Assembly: GCF_006345805.1 (NCBI RefSeq)
Contig: NC_043006.1
Span: 59,458,001 to 59,522,000, forward strand
DNA: 64,000 nt
From: Octopus sinensis
Lineage: Eukaryota
Direction of reading: 5' to 3'
The translations under genes were made by a program, and so were the position numbers. Of the stretch, positions 53,741-64,000 are shown piece after piece. The notes under the pieces were generated by a model. It was not told the DNA's origin and did not search any database. It saw only the letters and a list, made by a program, of their open reading frames with translations. Each line of letters opens with the position of its first letter. Position 1 is the first letter of the stretch.

Positions 53741-54539
53741 GCTATAGTGCTAACTGTTACTGTGACAGAGATGACAATCTGAAAGTGAGTCAGAGTGGCT
53801 GCTCCAGAGTGTCTCCCTCGACTTCCTCAGGGATAATGCCTTTTATATTTTGTCCATGGAGAATATGAGGTGGAGTGGCAAGTCTTTTTAGTCTACTTCA
53901 TATAATACAACTTTGAATTCTGAATTGGCGCCCATTCTTGGTTTACTTTTGTGAAATTAAATAGAGACGTGCGAATTTTGAGGAGTGACTCAGGCTGCTG
54001 ACGTTGTCGTTGTTTTTGTTGTTTAGTAGAGTTGATTAGTAGTGTTGTTTAATAGCAACGGTAGAACATGATAAGAATGAGGATGGGTCAGTTGTAATAT
54101 ACTGAGAAAACGAGAAATGTGTATAACCGGACTGTAAAGGGTTGCTGGTTGTGAAAATTTACGACAAAGAAAACTGAAAGCAAGCTATTTACCACACAGC
54201 CACTCCTGCCTAGGAATAGTTATCAATCTTACCACAATTTCAATTACATACACGTATGTTTGTGCATATGCATATGCATGAGGGAAAATGCACATGTAAA
54301 TTCATGTACATCAAAATGATAAAGTTGTTGAATATATAAATAGATTGGTTTATTGTTTCTCTGGGAATAGTCAAATTCATGTAGACGCATTTAATGAGAA
54401 TCTACTTGAAAAATTGATTAAGGTCGATCGTCATATTTTCAGTCTACAAAGAAATAGCTAAGTTAACCCTGTCTATAGATCTACTATCATACCCCGACAC
54501 TGTGTGGACTGAGGTCTCCTGATATTAAATAAAGTGTTA

Positions 54540-54790
54540 ACACTTGAGCAAGACACTTTATTCACATTGCTCCAGTTCACTCAGCTGTAGAAATGATTTG
54601 CGGCATCACTGGTGCTAAGCTGAATCGGCTTTTGTCTTTCTCTTGGATAACATCGGTGATGTGGAAAGGTGAGGCTAGTATGCATGGGCGACTGCTGGTC
54701 TTCCGTAAACAACCGGACTTGTGCTTCGGAGGGTAACTGTCTAGGTGTAATCCCATGGTCATTCATGTTATCGTGTAATCCCATGGTTTT
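54540..54790 (+). mobile_element. SINE D fragment
   Basis: CTTGAGCAAGACACTTTATTCACATTGCTCCAGTTCACTCAGCTG plus the tail seen at 22050. Confidence 0.7.
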
Positions 54791-55529
54791 CTTTAACACA
54801 TACGGTATGCAAATTAGTACCTCCAGTTTCTTGTAGCAACTGAAATCGTTCAGTATTTAAATAGACTGGTAGCTTGTTTCTCTGATACTGGTCAAATTGT
54901 TATAGATTTGATTCTCTGGCGAGAATTAAATAATATTCGAAAATCGATTAAAGTTGTTCCTCAGTAAGGAGAAATAGCTTCATGCTAGCGATGATCCCAT
55001 GCCAGCCCCTTTGCATTCTTTGCTGAACCAATAAGTTACAGGAACGTCGAGCCTCTGGAGAGCTTCCTTAATCATGTCTAGTCATCTGGTGCGTTGAATG
55101 AGAGTAAATCCCTAGTAGGATAATCCAGCGAGAAACGGAAGACATGTCCGTATCAGCGCATGCTACTGAGGTTGTCGATGCGGGTTCATACGTGCGCGCT
55201 CGCAATTTTTTGTTGTTGTTGTTGTTGGAAACGTGATAGTTTTTGATGGTTCTCAAAGGTTCTGCTATCAAAGCCCTCGACCCACTTTGCCGTGTCTTCT
55301 AAAAGGGCCACGTTTCTGCTTCATAAAGGAGAATGGAGAGGACTGATGCATTGTAGATGCAAAGCTTCGTCTCCCGGGAGATAGAGCAGTGAAACCAGAG
55401 GGGCTTTCATCGGAAGTATATAACCCCAGCTACCACACCACATCTGTGGTTGATTTCTGGAGTCAGGTCTCTATTACTGGTGACTATGGAGCACAAGTAC
55501 TATGAAGCCCTGTTTATAAATCTACTATA

Positions 55530-55785
55530 TTGGTTATGTATACGTGTGTGTGCATGCGCGCGTGTGCGATGACACGTGTGTGCTTGTCCCTCCATCCCAC
55601 CCCCACAGCTTGACAACCAATGTTGGCGTGTTTACATCCCTGTAAATCAGCGGTTCGGTAAAAGAGAACGTTAGAATAAGTACGAGACTTCAAAAGAAAG
55701 TACTGGGATCGACTAAAAATTCTTCAAGGCAGTGCCCCGGCGTGGCTGCAGTATAATGATTGGAACAAGTAAAGGATAACAGATA
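55530..55785 (+). mobile_element. SINE C 3' half
   Basis: Tail as at 10560 and 22970. Confidence 0.7.
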
Positions 55786-55836
55786 TATATATATATATAT
55801 ATATATAGGACTGCAAAATAAAACTTCCCCGTTACC

Positions 55837-56060
55837 TATTTCTTTACTACCCACAAGGGGCTAAATACAGAGTGGACAAACAAACGGATTAAGTCGATTA
55901 TATCGACCCCAGTTTGTAACTGGTACTTAATTTATCGACCCCGAAAGGATGAAAGGAAAAATCGACCCCGGCGGAATTTGAACTCAGAACGTAACGGCAG
56001 ACGAAATACAGTTACGCATTTCGCCCGGCGTGCTAACGTTTCTGCCAGCTCGCCGCCTTG
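55837..56060 (-). mobile_element. SINE B (tail 1)
   Basis: Imperfect TSD TTCCC(T)CGTTACC at 55825-55836 and 56062-56074. Confidence 0.9.
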
Positions 56061-56485
56061 ATTCCCTCGTTACCAACATGTCATGAAGAATAATATTCAA
56101 TTCAGTAACAAGAGCTTAAGAGGCAATTGTGTGGCTTCTACTGTTAAAGATATGTATTGGAAAGACAGTATATCAATACTCTCTTCTGTGTTGTGATACA
56201 GCTCTCCAAACTATTCTCACTAACAATAGAATGAAGACTAATCAATCTTCTATTTTAGTCTGGTGTCTTGTCATATTGGAAAATAAAAGAATCATATAAG
56301 CAGTTCGCGTCAAGCGTACATATATACATATGCACACATTAGCACATACACAAGTCGATGAACGTGCACTCATATACATACTCTTCTCGATATTTAAATA
56401 TCCTGACATCCATATAAACGGACATGGGTACATAATGGTTCTCCATTATTTACGCAAATATACGTACACATGTACAGACGCATCG

Positions 56486-56525
<40 letters not shown>

Positions 56526-57329
56526 TTCCAGGCATGCGTACAAATGCTCATGCGCAACAGCAGGCGAGATAATGCGTGTGTAGTAACTTGATCTGCGAAA
56601 ATATAGCAACCAAATATCTTTCAAATTATACTTTACCGCCTTAAAAACAAGAGGCAAAGACTCACTTAGTAACGTAATCCTAGATACACTATGTAGGAAT
56701 TTTATAAGGATTGGATAGAGCTGGATGCACTTTAATTATAAGTATACTTTATGAAATTTGCGAACAAACTCTGAGGGAAATGCTACAGATGAACTTTCTG
56801 CATGCGAAATGCAAAAGCAGGAGTCACTTTTAGGCTTTTTTTATACACCCGTTAACTTTTCAAATTTTTTCCCGAAATTTTACTAGAGTTAAGGGTTATA
56901 TACGGATGCACAAACGCACAAAACGGAAAAACTGAAACAAATGTGGACGACTTGTTCCGACCCCCACCTCCAGTGAGGAACAGTTCGTAAAAATAACCCT
57001 TAATTGTTTTCCCACAAAATCCTATATGCTTGGGATCTACATAGAAGTATAATTGTAGACAATTTCATTAAAAAAAATATCCATTTTCCTGAACGTTAAG
57101 ATGAATTAAAGTGGACTCCGGTGAATTTTCCGAAAATCCTCCCCATCCCCTTCCAAAACACTTTCCCCAAAAAAATTTGTATATTCGGAATCTACATGAT
57201 ATAACACATATTCGTAGAAAATTTCATTTAAAAATATCCATTTTTTCTGAAAGTTATCATCATCCAAAGTCGGAGTGGGGGCAGGGCAGAGAGCCTGTGG
57301 TGAGATGGTACCAACTGTCAATGATCTCA

Positions 57330-58367
57330 TAATGCATGTGCCCCCAAACATTGCACAAAACTTTAGCAACGGTCCGTGGGCGAGCCATCTTAGCTCCAAG
57401 TAATGATGCTGTCAACAAAATTCAACTGGGATCTCTTGCAGCTGTTGCCCGGACAAGAACAGTCTTTCAGATCCCTCGACACTGCCATTGATCAGGAACA
57501 GGGCTGTAGTTGTTCCGTGTTCCTGAACTCTCTACAGCTATCTGGGATGCTACCTCACAACTTCATACTTAAAAAGGGGGGGGGCAATCCTACTTCTCGG
57601 GAATCTGGATCCACCTCGTCTGTGCAATGACACCAAACTGGTGGTGAAAGCGATGCAACCCCATGTCCTAGAGGTAACAATTATGACTGGGAACTATAAA
57701 GGTGAAGATATCTTCATTCCTCGGATCCCGTTAATCCCATATGACCTCCCCTTGGAATTTAAACGGTTCCAGTTCCCAGTTTCAAACTGGAACCGTTTCG
57801 CTATGTCAGTAAACAAGTCTCAAGGACAGTCTCTCAAGGTTGTTGGACTTCACCTTGCTTCTCTCATGGGCAATTATATGTAGAATGTTCGCGAGCTGGA
57901 AGTCCCCAAAATCTTTCCATTTATTCACCAATTAAAGGACACACTGAAAACATTGTATATTTAGTAGCTCTAGATAATTAAACTATCATTGATTTCCGGA
58001 TTTGTTTCAATACATTTGTTTATACTCACGTCACCTGATAGAATTTTTGTTAAATGTACTTATTAACAGGAGGGGAGTGCCCGCAGACCGGTTCTTCTCA
58101 AATTTATGCATTTTCAGGTTCAACATGTTTCAAATAAGTACTGACAATTGAAGGTGATTGCAAAGACAAAGAACTACCCGGTTTTTTAAAACAATTTTGA
58201 CAGTGAGAACATCGGATAAAACAGGTTATGGACATTAATAGTTTGAACCTCAGCTAATTACTGTTGAGAACTGTATAATCCATGTTTCATTTTACCTAGA
58301 TATTTAAAAGGTATATTTAAATTTCATTATTTTCTTTAACCCGGGAAACGCCGGGTATTTCTGCTCG
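57330..58367 (+). mobile_element. Helitron 3' remnant: PIF1-like helicase fragment plus terminal hairpin
   Basis: RAILAPSNDAVNKI, FLNSLQLSG, IFIPRIPLIP..FKRFQFPV..FAMSVNKSQGQSL; hairpin CCCGGGAAACGCCGGG then CTCG|T. Confidence 0.88.
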
Positions 58368-59257
58368 TGTGTGTATATATATATAAAGAAAACAAAAGAT
58401 GGAACAAAAATGTAACAGACGACAACAAAACATCCTGGCAGACGATGGAAAAAAGGACAGGAAAAAACAAGGACGGGTCATTCGGAACTTCCTATCCTCA
58501 GTCGAGTTCCAGATCCTCATTGCAGTTTCGACCGGTTACACTCGAGACTGCTACAATCTGGCCGGCCCCAAGAAAATCTAAGCTAAGAGCACTAGACTCC
58601 TTGGAAGAAAGCAAGCGAATGTATACGAAAACAAGGGCGAAAAATAAACGGAGAAATAGTACACAGTGACAAATACAAACAACAGGACATTAACAACAGG
58701 TGTCTTTCGACTAAGGACGAATTAAATTAAGCTGGCGTGTGTTTTGTGCATTTATGCATTGATAGATTTCTACTGAAACATCAGGCAATGAAGGCAAATG
58801 AAGCCCGCACCAGAAAACTCGTTATGCTAACAATAACAGCTAAATGTCTGGTACACAGAAATATGTTATTAAGACGACTTATCTGTCGTATAGGAACATA
58901 AAAGATGAAAGTCATGGGAAGGAATATAACAGATGCTACACGGATGGTAGTCGAACCAAGAAAGATCAGGCTTGGCGGAACACGTTCACGTGGAAGGAAA
59001 GGAGAGAGGAAGGGGCAGAGGGATTGAAGAATTAGGGAGGGACGAGAAAGAGAGAAAAAGAAACGAAAAGGGACATAGTGGAGTAAAAGAGGAGAGAAAG
59101 TGAGAATGAAGGGAAGACCAAGAAATGTGAAGGAAGGGCGAGAAAAAGAACGAAGATAGTGTGAAGAGGGTTAAAAGAAAGAGTAAAAGAGTCGTACAGA
59201 ATTTAGATATATATATATATACTTACATACAGGAGACCAATATATATATATATATAT

Positions 59258-59423
59258 ACTTTATTTAAAAGCAGCAGAAATTTAACAAAAGCTGTTACTC
59301 GGAGTTTCACGTTCCGGTTCGTCGGACAGTTTTGTTAAAATTTTTAAAAATAAAGCATGTTACTCTACTTCTGGTATTTGAGTACTCTTTTTCCCACCTT
59401 GTTTCACACTTATGTGTTTACTC

Positions 59424-59428
<5 letters not shown>
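59258..59428 (-). mobile_element. Hairpin-shaped element with an apical hammerhead
   Basis: Stem I extends into long inverted arms; (TA)n on both sides. Confidence 0.75.
59282..59338 (-). ncRNA. Type I hammerhead with long stem I, U4C variant
   Basis: Minus: TTAACAAAACTGT CCGACGA ACCGGAACGT GAAAC TCCGA GT A ACAGCTTTTGTTAA. Confidence 0.75.
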
Positions 59429-59460
<32 letters not shown>

Positions 59461-59462
<2 letters not shown>

Positions 59463-59590
59463 TGGAAAAAAAGAGTACTCAAATACCAGTGGTAGAGTAA
59501 TATGCTTTATTTAAAGCAGCAGAAATTCAACAAAATCTGTTACTCAGAGTAACAGATTTTGTTGAATTTTCTGCTGCTTTAAATAAAGTA
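59461..59590 (+). mobile_element. Inverted partner copy with the hammerhead core missing (palindrome 59505-59589)
   Basis: ...AAATCTGT TACTCAGAGTA ACAGATTT...; centre at 59546. Confidence 0.8.
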
Positions 59591-60067
59591 TATATATATA
59601 TATACATATGAGAGAGAAAGAGAGAGAGAGAGAGAGCGAGTCAATCTGTATTATTCTATGTTTCTCTTCCTCATTCTGTCTCCCGATCTCCCTCTTTCTC
59701 TATTTCTCTTTATCTATCTCACCACATTTTTCTTTCCCTCTTGCTCCTCGTTTTCTTTTATTTTTATAATGTTTCTCTTTTATCTCTCATAACCTTAATC
59801 AATAAATATTGCTACCTTACAAGTTTAAATGTGACACATCATCAACTACAATAATAATACTGGAATACTTCTATGCTAGGTGATCTAATTTGCAGGCATC
59901 TTACCGACAATCTAATTATAGAGACATTCATTAATTTATGAGTTCATCTTAATCAAACGAGCTATCAACGTTAATATTCTATTGTTACGCAATATGAAGT
60001 AATAAAGGTGGATAAAGCCACAGTCTGAAAATGAGAAAGAGGTTGATATCTGTGTATGTGTGTTTAT

Positions 60068-60116
60068 TTATATATATATATATACATACATATATGAATA
60101 TATATATATACATATA

Positions 60117-60198
<82 letters not shown>

Positions 60199-60215
60199 AT
60201 ATATACATACATATA

Positions 60216-60268
<53 letters not shown>
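60068..60268. repeat. (TA)n tract
   Basis: Directly visible. Confidence 0.95.
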
Positions 60269-60272
<4 letters not shown>

Positions 60273-60332
60273 GCCATGATAGATCGTTAGCCACTACACA
60301 CTTTTTTTCTCTCCTTGTTTTTTTCTGTGTCC

Positions 60333-60368
60333 CTTTCTGTAGAAGTGCGTAGGCTCGAAACGTAAAAG
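60333..60368 (+). ncRNA. Minimal hammerhead-like motif (A6U) in a short element at about 60270-60457 between (TA)n tracts
   Basis: CTTT CTGTAGA A GTGC-gtag-GCTC GAAAC GT A AAAG; one stem II mismatch. Confidence 0.55.
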
Positions 60369-60734
60369 ACTTTTTCTATTCCTGAGCGTTATACTAATAC
60401 ATCTGTTTGTTTTGTACACCACATGTCTTCGTCTTTTGTTTTTTTCGTAAACTCTCCCTATATATATATATATATATACATGGAAAAAAGTCAAGATAGA
60501 AAATGCTAAAATAATTTTATAAAAAAACATTTCAGTACCGGTTTCAGTCATTGAAATTTTTTCAACTGTAAGTATGGAAAACAATTAAATTTGGAAAAAT
60601 TAAAAGAAAAGTTTTTTTAAAACCATATTTGTATAGTGTTCAAATACAAGTGGCATTTTCCTTGTTTCTGCCTGTCTACTGTCTCTCTTGTTTACTCTTG
60701 TGGGTTCGAGGTCGTTGTGAATTCTTGGTAGGGA

Positions 60735-60856
60735 AGAAGAAGAAGAAGAAGAAGAAGAAGAAGAAGAAGAAGGAGGAGGAGGAGGAGGAAGAGGAGGGGG
60801 AGGAGAAGAAGAAGAAGAAGAAGAAGAAGGAAAATGTGGGAGTGCCATGACAATAG

Positions 60857-60889
<33 letters not shown>

Positions 60890-60930
60890 TGTATGTATGT
60901 TTGTATGTATGTATGTATGTATGTATGTAT
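60735..60930. repeat. (GAA)/(GGA) and (TATG) repeats
   Basis: Directly visible. Confidence 0.95.
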
Positions 60931-61594
60931 AAGATGACGTGTGTGCGAACAGACACACATCACTTAACTATAAAACTGCCGTGAAATCCATTCTTCCATT
61001 AGTTCCCGGCAAGGGAAGTTTGGGAAACACCTTGGAAGGTGTTTAGAAAAATAGTTCCCGCGTTAATGAGATACATGCTTTCCTGATCATCTACCGGTTA
61101 GCTGCAGGTGTGACATGCAGGTGTGACTTTCTCAAATTCAACGACTTCGAGAATGTTTTCAATTGTATTAACGGAGAAATATTTGGCGGGTTTCTACTCT
61201 GTCACATCGGAAATCCCTTGACATTTATTGATATCTTAAACAGCTGTACAAAAACACTCATTGTCCTGTATACCCAGTGTACGATTTTCGATAGCGTTCG
61301 AAGTAAAAGCTGAAGAACGAAGCAAGGGTGTTTGTTATTCCCGATGATTCTCGTGATCATTGACTGGGTGACGTGACGAACACGGCAAGCAGAAAGAGCA
61401 GGAGCAGACATACAGTGGCCAAAATAGTGGGACATTGTAAAAATGGAACATACGAGCTAAACAGTCGACGGTTTCATGCCCGTGTTATGATGAAAGTATC
61501 CCAACTGTAGCGTTAAAATCAATCCTGCTATATGATGTCTAGTCATGTCTTCAAAAAATGCTACGTCAGAAATGCTCATTGTATATGTGTGTGT

Positions 61595-61633
<39 letters not shown>

Positions 61634-61741
61634 GACAGACAGATACATATGCACATTTACATGCATATGTGCAGAAGATTTGTATTGTAAAATATAAATA
61701 TTTATAAATACTCATAAAGATAAAAATTATATATATATATA

Positions 61742-62002
<261 letters not shown>

Positions 62003-62095
62003 CCAAACAAAGAAGAACAAGCATGAAAAAACAATAACGCAAGGACGTGGTACGAATAATGTATTATCAGACGTTCGGGAAAGGAAAGAAAGAGG

Positions 62096-62130
62096 ATTTA
62101 ATGTTTCGAGCAAAACTCTTCTTCAGAAAT
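62096..62130 (-). ncRNA. Minimal hammerhead motif in an F1-like element at about 62001-62235
   Basis: Minus: ATTT CTGAAGA A GAGT-ttt-GCTC GAAAC AT T AAAT; stem III CG changed to CA. Confidence 0.6.
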
Positions 62131-63242
62131 AGAAGAAAGTCCAAAAGAAGTGAAGACGGAGGAAAAAAGCCAACGATTCACATGTGGTTACATTTTGAAA
62201 TGACCGGAAGGGAGTGGGTGAAGCAAAAATTCTAAGATATATATGTGTATGTCTATATGTGTTTGCACGCATGCGTACATGCATGTTTATATGCATTCAT
62301 GGATTTATATATTTATGTATAGATTAATGTAAGTACATACACATCATCGATACTAGTGCTTTACTAATTGACTTTACAATGAAGATATATCCACAAACAT
62401 CCGACATTGTAATCGGTAGCAGGCTGATGTTTTTAATGTCTGCTGTAAATCAACATGTTTGCTTGCCTTTCATTTGGCCATAAATTGCATTAACTTTTCC
62501 TTATATTACTTAATGTCATATATTTTCCTACAGTGCCTATGATATATTCATGCACAAAAGCCTTCCGGTTTTCGCCTCTTTTCATATGCTATATTATTTC
62601 AGTTTCCGGAAGCGATGTTAGACATATTCGCTTTCTTTTTACATTTTGTTTTAAATTGATTACTATTATAAACTTTGAACTACATTTTCACTAATGGACG
62701 GACAGTATATAAGTGTATGAAAGCAGATAAAAAATAATTCTGCGCCGGCTACTGTTTTAATGTACACAATGACAGTGATGTCGGCAACCTGTGACGGCTC
62801 TATGAAGTAAAAAATTACTGAAGTGCAGCAAAACGTGATGGACAATCATGTAAACCGGACAAATGGATAACGTGCATTAATGGAACAATACTCTTTGAAG
62901 GTATTTATGTTGGAATGTTTGTATGCTCATGTGTGTGTATGTATAATATATACATAGAAGCACTCACACACACAACACACACAACTTTAACAATATACAC
63001 ACACATACATATTGTTTATATCATAAGAATTTATAAACTTTCAAAAGAACATGAAATAATTCGTTTTTTGGAATTGCATTTCGAAGTAATTTAAAGCTAC
63101 CAAATCCACTGACAAGGCTTTGGGTAGAGGAACCCGTTAGGGTAGAAAAAGTCAAAGGTGGCCTTTGAATTTTTCTATGCAAAAGGACTTTTCAACCCAA
63201 TATTTAGATGCCATTATATATGTGTGTATGTGTGTGTGTGTT

Positions 63243-63491
63243 CTTTTATTCCTTTACTTGCTTCAGTCATTTGACAGCAGCCATGCTGAAGCACCATCTT
63301 GAAAAGTTTTAGTCGAAGACATCGACATCAAGAATTATTTATTAAGCTTAGTGCTGGTTCTATCAGTATCTTATGCCGAACCGCTAAGTTACGGGGTTGT
63401 AAACACACCAAAACCAGTTGTCAAGTAGTGATGGGGGGTTAAACACACGCAAACACATATATCTGTATACGGCAGGCTTCTTTCAGTGTCC
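63243..63491 (-). mobile_element. SINE C 3' part, interrupted by SINE B
   Basis: Tail as at 12236; stops at GGCTTCTTTCAGTGTCC where SINE B begins. Confidence 0.75.
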
Positions 63492-63810
63492 TATTTCTTT
63501 ACTGCCCACAAGGGGCTACACACAGAGGGGATACACAAGGACAGACAAAGGGATTAAGTCGATTATATCGACCCCAATGCATAACTGGTAATTATTTAAT
63601 CGACCCCGAAAGGATGAAAGGCAAAATCGACCTCGGCGTTATGATCTGAGTTCAAATTCGACCTCGCCGTTACGATCTGAGTTCAAATTCCGCCGAGGTC
63701 GACTTTGCCTTTGCATCCTTTCGGGGTCGATAAATTAAGTACCAGTTACGCACTGGGGTCGCTGTAATCGACTTAATCGATTTGTCTGTCCTTGTTTCTC
63801 CCCTCTATAT
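63492..63810. mobile_element. Two headless SINE B bodies fused head-to-head (fold-back)
   Basis: Minus copy 63492-63638, plus copy 63668-63810, 31-bp duplication at the junction. Confidence 0.88.
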
Positions 63811-64000
63811 GAAAGATAGATGTATTGATTGATGCAAAGCGGTAAGTATATATATATATATATAGAAGGAGAGATAAGCAAAAGGCAGAAAGATAGGTGT
63901 ATTAATAGACACAAAGCGGTAAGTGGGTGACGGAGGATAATTGGTGATAAGAGTGGTGATTGCGATGATGGTGATGAGGATTAGGGCACTCTGACTTTCC

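Noticed and set aside
58460-58510. Minus-strand CTGAGGA..GAAT..GTC hammerhead-like motif in a (TA)-flanked element
   Set aside because: GAAA is broken and stems I and II do not form; it may be a decayed relative but is not supportable.

Overview
This is eukaryotic, very repeat-rich DNA, and its SINE families and microsatellite load look like an Octopus (coleoid cephalopod) genome; that assignment is inferred from my recall of these repeats. I cannot support any intact host protein-coding gene, and most ORFs in the track are microsatellite artefacts. The window holds a decayed Ty3/gypsy element carrying three SINE insertions, three mariner remnants (two with both TIRs), Helitron pieces, Penelope-like (PLE) RT and GIY-YIG fragments, and non-LTR elements of the Hero-like, R4/Dong-like, CRE-like and CR1 groups. 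It also holds about 25 tRNA-derived SINEs with interchangeable heads and tails, and an 8-bp-TSD MITE carrying TTAGGG repeats. The main unannotated signal is at least nine loci with minimal type I hammerhead-ribozyme motifs. Most sit in short non-coding elements inside (TA)n, (TAGA)n or (TATG)n tracts, and several form head-to-head palindromes or long hairpins. Other notable patterns are one-head/many-body SINE arrays joined at a GGTA motif that also starts two single-copy target sites, and a circularly permuted inverted local duplication. All structures were folded by eye, so coordinates of degenerate elements are approximate and ribozyme activity is untested.
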